64,000 bases of DNA, from assembly GCA_963667035.1 (NCBI GenBank), contig OY762964.1, positions 2,912,001 through 2,976,000 of the forward strand, given 5' to 3'. The notes under the pieces were generated by a model that saw nothing but the letters and a program-made list of their open reading frames with translations, ran no database searches and was not told the DNA's origin. Position 1 is the stretch's first letter; each line of letters opens with the position of its first letter. Source of the stretch: Candidatus Cloacimonadales bacterium (GTDB lineage Bacteria > Cloacimonadota > Cloacimonadia > Cloacimonadales > JAFGVF01). The position numbers and the translations under genes were made by a program. Below, in pieces: positions 20,498-30,846 of this stretch.

Positions 20498-20980
20498 TTA
20501 ACGCTTGTAACCAATGTTAATCAGAAATTGTTTTCTAGCGGTAATATCCGTATCTAGTTCAACCCCTTTAGGTGAATATCCGTCTATGACACCAAGTACA
20601 CCTCTACCTTGTTCGGTTTCAGCTAAAATAACTTCAACAGGATTAGAGGTTGCACAGAATATGTTTACAATCTCCCTACAATTTTTAATAGCCGGTAGAA
20701 CATTTATCGGATATGCATCTTTCAGAATGATTAAAAATGAATGACCTGCACCAATCTTACGAATATTCTCAACAGCATATTCTATAAGTTCGGGATTATT
20801 CCCGTCTTTACGAACCAAGCAAGGGCCTGAAGCCTCGTTAAAGGCTAATCCGAATTGAGCATTTGGTACAGAGTTTACAATAACCTCATATAGGTCTTCC
20901 ACTGTCTTAATAAAATGTGATTGCCCGAAAATAATATTGTACTCTTCGGGGAGCTGAATCTTTTCTACTCGAAGTTCCAT
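20498..20980 (-). CDS. Adenosine-specific kinase-like protein (DUF355 family)
   Basis: GQSHFIKTVEDLYE, FNEASGPCLVR, GAGHSF, YPINVL, GRGVLGVIDG and the GYKR C-terminus. Confidence 0.88.
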   Translation of the reverse strand: MELRVEKIQLPEEYNIIFGQSHFIKTVEDLYEVIVNSVPNAQFGLAFNEASGPCLVRKDGNNPELIEYAVENIRKIGAGHSFLIILKDAYPINVLPAIKNCREIVNIFCATSNPVEVILAETEQGRGVLGVIDGYSPKGVELDTDITARKQFLINIGYKR

Positions 20981-21897
20981 TTTTACTCCATATATCTTTT
21001 ATAACGGTGTGTTTAGTATGAATTAATTGTAGCTTCCATAATTATGTCAAACTATTTTTCCACAAAATTAAGCACTGCTTAATGTGACTGTTCAAAAGCC
21101 TAATGAAAAAACTGTCATAGTGTGTTTATACGATAACATTACTACTAACTTTAGCAATTTTTTACATCGTAGTTCAATCACAGTGTAATGAAAGTGGCAT
21201 ACTTGACAACGGTGCAAGTCCGAAATTGCTAACTACACAAGTACCATGGATGAGCAATGCTCAAACAACGCTTACCGTGGTTCACCCGTGGTCAATTCGT
21301 GGTTGGGAATGCACTAATGAAGAATGTAGATTTGTTCCTAAACAGTACACTACCATTATTAGAACAATTTTCCAGAGGTAATTCTTCATAATGTCTCCTG
21401 CAATTAACATATCTTATAAATTCCTATTTATAAGTTATTTAACATTTATTTCAGCTTAATAACTTTTTAATTTGGTCCTGATATTAAGATGATACAGACT
21501 TGATAAAGCAAACTCCGGTACTGAGTTGTGAAACGCTTGGAGTATTCCATTTAAAGTTTTTTCCTCTCCTCTTTCTCCATTACTTACAATTGTTTTAACT
21601 CTTTGAACTTTAATATTATAGATGTTAGAATTAATTGTTTCCTTTGTAATATCTGCTAACAAAATGACATACTAATCATAGAAACTAATATAAGTAAAAG
21701 ACAGAATTTCATAATTTCCACTCGAAAATTTTTATTAATCACTCTCTTTATTCTTAACAAGAATGCAACAAACTGGAATTTAAGCATTCAAATTCAAGGA
21801 ATACTAACCAGACATCTTAGTTACTATTCTTTGAATTCAATCATATATCTTCTATGAATATGCTGATTATCTATCATGTCAATATAATTATGCAAAA

Positions 21898-23135
21898 ATT
21901 GGCATCCTCCCGTTTTTTATCATAAGCATGTCATCTGTTCCCATTCTGCCTGACAACCTTGATACTTTGGAACAAAGTAATGCTTCCAATCTCTGAATAG
22001 ATTTTTAACAACAACCGATAGTCTGTAGTAGATAAACTTACATAATTCCTTTAGATTACTCTTTTTACTAAGCATAATCTGTTGATACATTTCCGCAAAG
22101 TCGTATCGATACTTATCCAAAGAATAAAGATAACTGACTGCCAATAATAACATGCAGTTCAGATTTCTTAACCTGTCCAATGTCATAACCTGCATATCTT
22201 CCCACGAATACTCCTGCTTCACATGACGGTGTACTTCTTCTACTTTCCAGCGGAGACGATACCCTCTTATTGCAGTTGTTATCAACTCCAAATCACTAAG
22301 GTCTCGATTGGGGAAATCACAGTTCAAATAGAAAAAACCTTTGACGCGAATGATATATGAAGCCTCATTCTCTGTTAAATAGTTGATTACTACCTTATCA
22401 TCATAACCTCTATCCATTACATATATCCCTTTATTTCCTGAATACACCTGAATATCATTGATCCGATCAAACACAGACTGTTTCAGTATGCCCGGATCTT
22501 CGTCGTTAGTATGCAATTCAGACACAAGAGGACGTATCTCAAGCGAATGACCTTCTTTTGATACTCTGATTATATCTAATACTTCATAACCGTTACACCA
22601 CTCGCCTGTACTGCCGTCTCTAACTCTGGTTAATCCTTCCATCTTCTTTGAATGGCTTTTCATTATGTCGCTGGGATCAATGACTATCAGGTCATAAGAT
22701 GCTATCTTCTTGCTTTCACAAATCAGATGAATATTTGATAGATCTTTGTACAACACAGGTTTTGATAAATGACGACGATATCGTTCGCAGAGCTTTTCTA
22801 ATGAGATATTCACTTCATGGCTCATTGCAATCCTTCTGATTATACAACTGCCGGATTTCAAAATGCCACTGACAAGCTCTTTTACGAATTTCTTCTCTTT
22901 GATAGTACAGCTATGTGTGACTTTGTTGATGAATTTTGAAAATTTAGCTTGCAGATTATGCTTTTTTAATATTGATAGTTCCATATAGTGAGTTCCTTTT
23001 GTTTTATTTTAAGCGTAACAACAATAAATAGGGACTCACTCTTTTCAAGCTTTTTCTTGACTATTTTTATACTTAAATTACCATTTTATCAATCACTTAT
23101 TATGACCATTATTCTAAATTTCGGGGGGATGCTTG
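21898..23135 (-). mobile_element. IS4-superfamily (DDE) insertion sequence, probably internally deleted
   Basis: Short inverted ends GCATCCTCCCG (21902) and CGGGGGGATGC (23122); flanked by the 12-bp direct repeat AATTATGCAAAA at 21886-21897 and 23136-23147; encodes a DDE transposase. Confidence 0.8.
21920..22984 (-). CDS. DDE transposase (IS4 superfamily, IS701/ISH3-like)
   Basis: IVIDPSD, VMDRGYD and Y.LRWKVEE.HR..KQ motifs. Confidence 0.85.
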   Translation of the reverse strand: MELSILKKHNLQAKFSKFINKVTHSCTIKEKKFVKELVSGILKSGSCIIRRIAMSHEVNISLEKLCERYRRHLSKPVLYKDLSNIHLICESKKIASYDLIVIDPSDIMKSHSKKMEGLTRVRDGSTGEWCNGYEVLDIIRVSKEGHSLEIRPLVSELHTNDEDPGILKQSVFDRINDIQVYSGNKGIYVMDRGYDDKVVINYLTENEASYIIRVKGFFYLNCDFPNRDLSDLELITTAIRGYRLRWKVEEVHRHVKQEYSWEDMQVMTLDRLRNLNCMLLLAVSYLYSLDKYRYDFAEMYQQIMLSKKSNLKELCKFIYYRLSVVVKNLFRDWKHYFVPKYQGCQAEWEQMTCL

Positions 23136-23322
23136 AATTATGCAAAAGCGGTTTAGTAACCTGGAAGTGTCAACTAGTATGACCTCACGATAGAATAAGT
23201 TCATAATATGCTAAATTGCATATTGAGGTTAATACACTTTTTTTCTCCTATATATTTTGTAAGAATAGATATTGTACAGTGATTCTATTAGTCATTGAAA
23301 TATAAATAATGTATAAACAGAA

Positions 23323-23348
23323 AACCCGTTTCCAAATAGAAACGGGTT
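23323..23348 (-). terminator. Intrinsic terminator
   Basis: AACCCGTTTC...GAAACGGGTT hairpin just downstream of the 23375-25120 gene. Confidence 0.65.
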
Positions 23349-23374
23349 GTATTTATTCAGGTTGAAGAATAAGT

Positions 23375-25120
23375 TTAGTATTTACGCATTGTATCCATTG
23401 AACCGAAAGGATTGAATGGAAGTTCTGCTAAAGCATAAGAGAAACCAACACTAATATTGATTCCACCGAGGCTTAAATCATTTTCATCGAGATCGATTGA
23501 AGCGGTTGTTCCAGACCCTGTTATGTCAGCTTTTAGAGGTTCAAGAGTATACTTGTACCCAACATGTAAGTTAAGAAGGAAATTAGCACCAAGCATGTAT
23601 TCAGCACCTAGATAACCTTTAACACCGATAGTTTGAATTTCAATCTTATTATCATTATCTTCATCGTCTTTACCAAAGTCAAGAGTAAGCATGTCATAGC
23701 TACCTTGTGCACCATAAGAAATAGCTACTCGACCCATCCAGAATTTCTTGGTTAATCCCATGTATGCACCAAACATAGTTGATTCTAAGTCATCTTGATC
23801 TTCTTCAAATTCATTTTCAACAGCTTCAGCATCAGGAGTAGCATAATAAGCTCCTAAATCAAAGAAAAGCTGGCGAGAATTGAAGACGGAAGCAACATTG
23901 TTCATAAGTCTGATGTCAAACATATTTGCAGATGTGACATCATCTTTGAAGTATGGTACTTCAATAAAGTTTTCAACTTCTGAATCTTCACTTACATCTA
24001 CCTTAATATTCTTACTAATGTTCATACCTGCAAGAACACCAAATGAAAAGTATAAATCGATACCAAGTCTTGGGTTTTCCATGAGAACCATTCCGATATC
24101 GCTTTTACCATAGTGTTTATTGAAAAGAGTTGTTGCGTTAGAATCTTTTTGGTTTTGACCGGTTTTCCATACACGAGAGAAACCTTTCTTAATAAGTCTT
24201 GTTTTACCATTAGAAGTCTCTACAGCTTCACAAACATAATAACCGTCATCAAGACGAACGCCTTCTTTATAACCAATGTCACCCGCAAGTTTACCTTTCT
24301 CGATAGAAACTATTTGAGCTTGAAGTTTAAAGTCATCTATTTGCTTAGTTTTAACACCTAAGTTCTTTGCAAAAGCAAGCATAGCATTGTACTTTGCATA
24401 TGTTTTGTAATCAACTGATTCACTGAATTCTCCAAAAGTAAATACAGATTTTTTATCTGTAACAACTCTTGTGTCAAAAGTTATAGTTGTGGCGTTTTTA
24501 ACCTGTTTAATGGAAACTTTACCATCAGGAGCTATGTTTACTTTATACCAAAGAATACCACCATTAATAGTGTATTTATAGTACTCTTTCTTTTCATCAT
24601 TCTTATCTTTAGTTACATCTTCACTAATATTTGTAACAAAAGGAAGATATATATAAGCAGAATTCATGAATGCAGCAAGTTCATCACCTGAAAGACCAAG
24701 ACTTTTACCTTTGGTTGTAGCAAAACTCATCATAGACATTTCGTCTTTGAAACCACCGTCAGCACGTTTCTTCTGAATCTCGGGATCGTTAAGAACCTCA
24801 GCTATCTTAACTGCTACTGTCCTTTCCATTACTTCCCCAAGAGCAATTGGTGTTACAGAGCCTATTTTGTTAGCTTCATTCACAAAGTCAGTTTTGACAC
24901 TTGCAGGGAGAGTATTGAAATCAAAACGAGGAATCTCAACATAGAACTTAAACATTCTATCAAAGAAATCTCTCTCTTTATCATTCATGTAACCACTACC
25001 AGCTTTCATCCAGATAGATTCCACTGAGCTTACAGACTTGCGTACATATTGACCCTGTTGAGCTACGAGTGAAAATGCGACTAATACTAGTATAGAAATA
25101 ACTAGCAATTTTTTCATCAT
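23375..25120 (-). CDS. Exported hypothetical protein, C-terminal half probably an outer-membrane beta-barrel
   Basis: Signal peptide; alternating hydrophobic beta-strands in the C-terminal half; no family recognised. Confidence 0.6.
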   Translation of the reverse strand: MMKKLLVISILVLVAFSLVAQQGQYVRKSVSSVESIWMKAGSGYMNDKERDFFDRMFKFYVEIPRFDFNTLPASVKTDFVNEANKIGSVTPIALGEVMERTVAVKIAEVLNDPEIQKKRADGGFKDEMSMMSFATTKGKSLGLSGDELAAFMNSAYIYLPFVTNISEDVTKDKNDEKKEYYKYTINGGILWYKVNIAPDGKVSIKQVKNATTITFDTRVVTDKKSVFTFGEFSESVDYKTYAKYNAMLAFAKNLGVKTKQIDDFKLQAQIVSIEKGKLAGDIGYKEGVRLDDGYYVCEAVETSNGKTRLIKKGFSRVWKTGQNQKDSNATTLFNKHYGKSDIGMVLMENPRLGIDLYFSFGVLAGMNISKNIKVDVSEDSEVENFIEVPYFKDDVTSANMFDIRLMNNVASVFNSRQLFFDLGAYYATPDAEAVENEFEEDQDDLESTMFGAYMGLTKKFWMGRVAISYGAQGSYDMLTLDFGKDDEDNDNKIEIQTIGVKGYLGAEYMLGANFLLNLHVGYKYTLEPLKADITGSGTTASIDLDENDLSLGGINISVGFSYALAELPFNPFGSMDTMRKY

Positions 25121-25279
25121 TAACCTCCAAATAAATTTGGATAATTAAATAGTTAAACATCGGCAATGTCAAGTGTAAATTAACTTGCGAATAAAGATGA
25201 ATTAGCTACTCAGCCTCTATCTCATATCACAATGGTATGTTAAGAAGAAAGGTGGTAATAATAAAAAACTTGCGAAAAC

Positions 25280-25312
25280 AAAAAAAGACCCTGTATTTCC
25301 TCAGGGTCTTTT
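25280..25312 (-). terminator. Intrinsic terminator after greA
   Basis: AAAAGACCCTG...CAGGGTCTTTT with an A/T run. Confidence 0.75.
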
Positions 25313-25327
25313 GCATTTATAAAAAAA

Positions 25328-25804
25328 TTAGTATATATCGAGAATTTCCAAATCTCTATGACCTCTAGGAGCTTTTACTGTTGCTTTATCGTTCTTGGAT
25401 TTTCCTATTAGAGCCAAGCCGATGGGGGATGCAACTGAAATCTTGTTTACTCCATCCTCCATAAAGTTGACTTCGTCAACTCCAACTAAACGATAAAGTA
25501 TTTCTTCATTGGTCTCAATCTCTTTCACTTTAACAAAAGCTCCAAAACGTACTTTATCCTTTGGAATAGTGGTAGTATCTAAAACAGTTAAGATTCCTGA
25601 ACGTCTCTTGAGATAATCGAGTTCATTATCAACCATTCTCTGTTCTTCTTTAGCTGCTTTGTATTCAGCATTTTCACTCAAATCACCTTGTTCCCTAGCA
25701 ACTTGAATACGTTTGATAATCTCCGGTCTGATTCTGTTTAGTTCCTGAATTCTCTTCTGTAAGGAAACCATTCCGGCTTTGGTTATGAAATCATTATTAG
25801 CCAT
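25328..25804 (-). CDS. greA: Transcription elongation factor GreA
   Basis: AREQGDLSENAEYKAAKE and ISVASPIGLALIGK. Confidence 0.95.
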   Translation of the reverse strand: MANNDFITKAGMVSLQKRIQELNRIRPEIIKRIQVAREQGDLSENAEYKAAKEEQRMVDNELDYLKRRSGILTVLDTTTIPKDKVRFGAFVKVKEIETNEEILYRLVGVDEVNFMEDGVNKISVASPIGLALIGKSKNDKATVKAPRGHRDLEILDIY

Positions 25805-25806
25805 TA

Positions 25807-26619
25807 TTATACCTGCTTGCTTTTACGTTTTAAAAACTTCTGACCATTAACTGCAGCTTTCTTTAATCTCGCATTACCACTCTTGGCCCATTGATCAACA
25901 ATAGGAACAAGCTTATCATCGTAACGATTAAAGGAACCACATATTATCTCTACTAGAGCAGGGTCATGAGTATTTTTATTTTTTAAGATGAATGAAAGAT
26001 ATAATTCTTCATCTATGGTAGAGACATTTTTTAAGAAATAAGTTGCTGATTTTACTGTAGCATCGGCTCCAAATAGCCAAGAGTACTTAAGCTTTTCCAA
26101 AATCTCGGCTAAGTATGAATCCTCTGACTTAGAAAATTTAAGTAAGAGCTTAACTAAGTTTAACTGAAGCTCTGCATTATCTGATTTAAGCCATTTGTAA
26201 ATAAGATTTAGATATATACCAGGATTTTTCTTCAACATAGGTAGATAAGCCTTTTCTAGTAGTAAATGTACCATAGAAGAGTCTTCATCCGTGAGTTTAT
26301 CTTCAATTATGGGAAGATAGAAATCAGGATTCCTTTTAATGAATCTACTGATAAGCTGAATAAAACAGACTTTTCCATTAGTACCTTTGTTATTCCAAAG
26401 AGTGTTATAAAAGTCTTGATAATTAGTGTTATTCTTTCCAATTTTAGTAGCTAATTCTTTTGCTACAAAAACGATTACTTCTTTTGGTACTGCATTATTA
26501 ACCCGAATTGGATAAACATTATAAACTATCTCTATATCGTAGTTTCTATTTAACAACTTGGTATTATAAAAGTCATTTATATCCTGAGTTAATCGTTCTT
26601 TCCAATCTAACGATATCAT
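25807..26619 (-). CDS. HEAT/ARM-repeat protein resembling DNA alkylation repair (AlkD-like) proteins
   Basis: All-helical; W.KS.N repeats (KWLKSDN, QWAKSGNARLKKAA). Confidence 0.5.
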   Translation of the reverse strand: MISLDWKERLTQDINDFYNTKLLNRNYDIEIVYNVYPIRVNNAVPKEVIVFVAKELATKIGKNNTNYQDFYNTLWNNKGTNGKVCFIQLISRFIKRNPDFYLPIIEDKLTDEDSSMVHLLLEKAYLPMLKKNPGIYLNLIYKWLKSDNAELQLNLVKLLLKFSKSEDSYLAEILEKLKYSWLFGADATVKSATYFLKNVSTIDEELYLSFILKNKNTHDPALVEIICGSFNRYDDKLVPIVDQWAKSGNARLKKAAVNGQKFLKRKSKQV

Positions 26620-26636
26620 ACTCTCCTCACTTTCAA

Positions 26637-29600
26637 CTAATTAATTACACCAACTTTGCCTTTTTTACAATAATCTCCCATTCTGATAATATAGAAATAG
26701 ATTCCAGATGATACTTTCTTCCCTTTATTATTGGTAAGATCCCAAGTAAATCGAGACTTGTTTTTGAGACCGTTCTTATAGATTAAGTCTCCTGAAGTAT
26801 CATAAATATAAATATTCCCTTTCTTGTTCTCCGGTAAGGCAATGAAATTAATGACCGGATTAGCATCAGATTTCTCTAAGTATACAGGATTAGGGTAAAC
26901 TTTAATGTCTTCTGGTTCTAAAATGAAATTGGCAAGATTCCTAGAATTCAGAATATTATTACCTGCAAGGTCACGAACATTTGTCAATCTGACAAAGTAT
27001 GGTTCCATAGAATAAACAATTTTTTCTTTGAGTGTTATTTCGGCAACCTTTTCTTGATTCTCCCATTTATATTCAACGAAAACTATTTCATTTCCATAAT
27101 CATTAATGGGAGGATTTAACTCATAGTTATTTAAATCATTTATATCGGAAACCATCATCTCTTCACTAAAATGAATTCTAACAGCTTTATCGGAAACAAT
27201 TACAGCATCTTCAATAAAAGGTGAGAGCATATCATCATGATAACTGAAAGGTACTATCATGTTAACAGGAACTCCCATATCACTTCTTAGATTTGATATT
27301 GATAAAGAATAATTTGAGCTATTTCTATCAAAATTGTCTCTGAATCTAAGCAATAATCTCTTTCTGTCATTTAATATATTAACAGAATGAGGATTGCCAA
27401 TATCATTATTAACACTATAGAAACCTATGTTATAAGCATCACTTGATAATTTTTTATCAAATGTTAAACGTAACTGATTTGGAGCTAACATCTTAATCTC
27501 TTGAAGTACAGGCTCCGGATCAGGTACTATTGTTTTATGGGCAGTAGAATGTGATTCTGATGGATTCTGACTTGAATTACATGCTGTAACATAATATGTG
27601 TACTGACTACCATACTCTAGTAAAGTATCAGAGTACTCCAAATCATAAACAGGTATAGTCCAATCTCCATACGGACCTGTTCTGTAGACATTGTAATATT
27701 CTGCTCCTTGTACACTCTTCCATGACAGCTTAGAAGTTCTACCGTCAATAAGAGATAATCTGAAGTTCTCCGGAACAGGGATATTCTCAACATATTGGTC
27801 ATCTTTTGTATAAAGAACTGAAATTACATTCTCATTTTCATCAACATCATTGACCAAAATTGAGTTATTACCATTAATCCTAACAGGGACAATTCTATAA
27901 GCCCAAGAACAATCTCCATGCCAGATTGGGGTTAATTCATTATTTTGGTAATCAACAATATATAAGTCTGGAGAAAAACCTAAGATAAGCTCCATATCTC
28001 CATCATTATCTAGATCGGCAGCTTTTATTGAGTTTTTACTCTGCTTTCTGTCGAACATCAATCTACTGATAGGTTCATATTGGTTTTCTCCAATAGAATC
28101 AAATAGCTCCAAATACCAGAAGTTATTGTTAGAATTATATGGATCGTCATTATAACCTACTACAACGAAATCATTAGTTCCATCTCCTGTAAAATCGCCT
28201 GTCTCAAGATAATATGTATTGGCAACTGCAAATTGAAAAGACCAAACGGGGGTAAGGGGGGTATTAGATTCTGTGAATTCATAAATCATTACATCACCTT
28301 CAGTGTCTGCTGTCAGAATATCTACTCTGTTATCATAATCAAGTCTTGCAGTAGCTATGCTTGGTACAAAAGAGTTTCTTTGATTTGTTGCTGAGTTATT
28401 TCTTAATTTAGCTACAGTTGTATATTCTCCATTAACAATCTTTTTTATTTCCCAAATTCTCTCGGAAGAATCATTTTTAAGAAGTAGGAGCTCATCTGTT
28501 CCATTAAGATTAACATCTTTAAAGTATCCACCGGCACATCCTGTTTCGGTCCAGTTTGGTGAGCTTAATGGATATGTAGCAGTACTAGAAGTATCATGAA
28601 GATATATTGTGTCTAGATTCAAGCCTAGAACTTCAAGTCCGGTTGCATTGGTATTGCCAATATCGTAGGGCCAAAACTTTTTATTGAAACTATAAACTAT
28701 TGATAATGAGTCTCCTAGCTCATATATATTCACATCATCATAACTATTCTCTACTAAATTCATTCCCACAATCTCAAGTAGTCCATTGTTATTGAAATCA
28801 TAGGTTTCAGGAATTGCTACAATTCCTTTACCAACTTTCTTTCTGTTCCACCCATTGATAGAAGAAGAGTGATAGACAACATTGTATAAATACTGAGAAT
28901 TAGTTGATATTCCGCAATCATTCGTTGCTTTAATATCGAAGAAATATGGACCTTCAGGTAAGTCATTGGGTAACTTAACAGTTTGTAATTGTTCCGGATA
29001 TGTTGATAAGGCTTTATATGAGTTATTGTTAAAATCTGTACAAGTTATATCCAAAACAACTTTTTCGTTATACAATGCCTGTAAGAAAAAGTTCATATTC
29101 TCCGAATTATATCTCGGATAAATCATCACACTTTGATCATTGACAATTGGAGCTGTACGATCTAGCCTAAAAGTTCTAATAACATCAAAAGAATCATAGT
29201 TTCTATCTGTAACTCTTAATCTTATCCTATAATCACTATCAGGGAGGTCATCAAGAAATTCAAATATGGCGAGAGTATCATTTAAAACCTCTTCAGTAAA
29301 CTCAGTAGGCTTATTATTATGAGTAACAATATCCTTCCAGTCTAAGGAAGTTGGGACATCTGCCATGCTGTACATAAGAGTATAGTGTAGAAAGTTATTA
29401 ACGGCAACTGTTCCAATGATAGGAAAATCATCAGAATAACCGGCAAAATCAGTTGGTGACATAAGTTTCAAATCAGGAATAGAGCTATCAAGAAGAAGCC
29501 TGTATGCATTCACCTTCCCGTAACCATATAAATCATCTTTCCCGGATTCCCCTAAATCATCACAAGTAGACAGTAGCTTTGCTCTTACTTCTTCATATGT

Positions 29601-30833
29601 TAGGTTAATATTTTTTGATAATAAAAGACTGATGCAACCTGCGACATGTGGGGCAGCCATTGATGTTCCCGATTGATTATCATAAGTAAAATGCTCTCCG
29701 TCACTGTATGTACTTAATATTATTTCTCCTGGAGCAACTAAATCAAGATCAGGTCCGTATGTTGAGAAACTAGATATTTCGTCATCACGTCCGATAGAGC
29801 CAACTGATATCACATTTGCCAATCTTGCAGGATAACTCAAGACGGGACCTGGGGTATTTCCTGCAGAAGCGACAATAATTGAGCCTTGCTCGTAAGCATA
29901 TTCACAGGCATCTGCAATGATGGGAGAATATTCACTGTCTCCCCAACTCAAATTAATGACATGTGCTCCACTGTTTACAGCATATATAATAGCAGCAGCA
30001 GCATCATCATCTTGAAGATAGCCGGTACCCTCTAAGGTTCTGAAACCTGCTCTGACCGGTAATATTTTTGAATTCCAGTTAATACCTGAAATTCCGATTG
30101 AATTATTAGTGTTTGCACAGATAATACCGCTCACATGAGTACCATGGTAGTTTTCATCAGCAGGATCATTATCTTGGTCATAATAATCACCTAAAGCAAT
30201 TTCTTCGAGTTCTGGAGCATCGGAGAAATCCCATCCACAAATATCATCAACAAATCCGTTCCCGTCATCATCAATTCCATTTATATCGTCCGGGTCATAT
30301 TCTCCTGTTATTGGATCCATAACAAATCCGTCTCCATCAGCATCTTCTCCGTAATTTAACTTAGTACGTCCTTGTAAATCCGGATGATCTCTTAAAATAC
30401 CTGAGTCAATAACAGCTACAGTTACATTCTGGTTTCCTCTTTCTATATCCCAAGCATCTAGTAGTCCAATAGTTGATAGCTCTTGACTATAGAAGTAACT
30501 ATCATTAGGAGTAATGTACATCTCGTTAAGGTTATTAACTTGTACATATTCGATGCCTTTGATTCTTAAGTTCTCCACTTCATTTCTAGATACTTCATTA
30601 TTCAGATAGACTACATAATAATTCATCCCCGGAATTGGTACCTTTTTAATGCCTTTAACACTTTTCGATTGAAGGAAATCATCCAATTCATTTATACCGA
30701 ATAAATTCCCTCTTACTCTAAGAGCAGTATTACTTTTTACAATAACTTCTCTCGGAGTATAATTGCCGGCATGAAGGGAGCAAATTAGTCCGAATAATAA
30801 CACCAGTAATGTAGCTTTTGCTGTATTTCTCAT
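26637..30833 (-). CDS. Large secreted S8 (subtilisin-like) serine protease with FG-GAP, FN3, Ig-like and C-terminal secretion-tail domains
   Basis: Catalytic triad in VIDSG, HGTHVSG and SGTSMAAP; GDFTGDG and ADLDNDG repeats; VYPNP...SSGIYFY tail. Confidence 0.92.
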   Translation of the reverse strand: MRNTAKATLLVLLFGLICSLHAGNYTPREVIVKSNTALRVRGNLFGINELDDFLQSKSVKGIKKVPIPGMNYYVVYLNNEVSRNEVENLRIKGIEYVQVNNLNEMYITPNDSYFYSQELSTIGLLDAWDIERGNQNVTVAVIDSGILRDHPDLQGRTKLNYGEDADGDGFVMDPITGEYDPDDINGIDDDGNGFVDDICGWDFSDAPELEEIALGDYYDQDNDPADENYHGTHVSGIICANTNNSIGISGINWNSKILPVRAGFRTLEGTGYLQDDDAAAAIIYAVNSGAHVINLSWGDSEYSPIIADACEYAYEQGSIIVASAGNTPGPVLSYPARLANVISVGSIGRDDEISSFSTYGPDLDLVAPGEIILSTYSDGEHFTYDNQSGTSMAAPHVAGCISLLLSKNINLTYEEVRAKLLSTCDDLGESGKDDLYGYGKVNAYRLLLDSSIPDLKLMSPTDFAGYSDDFPIIGTVAVNNFLHYTLMYSMADVPTSLDWKDIVTHNNKPTEFTEEVLNDTLAIFEFLDDLPDSDYRIRLRVTDRNYDSFDVIRTFRLDRTAPIVNDQSVMIYPRYNSENMNFFLQALYNEKVVLDITCTDFNNNSYKALSTYPEQLQTVKLPNDLPEGPYFFDIKATNDCGISTNSQYLYNVVYHSSSINGWNRKKVGKGIVAIPETYDFNNNGLLEIVGMNLVENSYDDVNIYELGDSLSIVYSFNKKFWPYDIGNTNATGLEVLGLNLDTIYLHDTSSTATYPLSSPNWTETGCAGGYFKDVNLNGTDELLLLKNDSSERIWEIKKIVNGEYTTVAKLRNNSATNQRNSFVPSIATARLDYDNRVDILTADTEGDVMIYEFTESNTPLTPVWSFQFAVANTYYLETGDFTGDGTNDFVVVGYNDDPYNSNNNFWYLELFDSIGENQYEPISRLMFDRKQSKNSIKAADLDNDGDMELILGFSPDLYIVDYQNNELTPIWHGDCSWAYRIVPVRINGNNSILVNDVDENENVISVLYTKDDQYVENIPVPENFRLSLIDGRTSKLSWKSVQGAEYYNVYRTGPYGDWTIPVYDLEYSDTLLEYGSQYTYYVTACNSSQNPSESHSTAHKTIVPDPEPVLQEIKMLAPNQLRLTFDKKLSSDAYNIGFYSVNNDIGNPHSVNILNDRKRLLLRFRDNFDRNSSNYSLSISNLRSDMGVPVNMIVPFSYHDDMLSPFIEDAVIVSDKAVRIHFSEEMMVSDINDLNNYELNPPINDYGNEIVFVEYKWENQEKVAEITLKEKIVYSMEPYFVRLTNVRDLAGNNILNSRNLANFILEPEDIKVYPNPVYLEKSDANPVINFIALPENKKGNIYIYDTSGDLIYKNGLKNKSRFTWDLTNNKGKKVSSGIYFYIIRMGDYCKKGKVGVIN

Positions 30834-30846
30834 AGCTTACCTTTAA

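Noticed and set aside
21183..21245. tRNA or cobalamin riboswitch suggested by GGTGCAAGTCC
   Set aside because: No cloverleaf, GGGAA or B12-box elements; kept only as an unclassified RNA candidate.
21456..21662. 68-aa minus-strand ORF downstream of the IS4-like element
   Set aside because: TTG start, no recognisable domain or RBS; it could be a gene remnant but cannot be supported.
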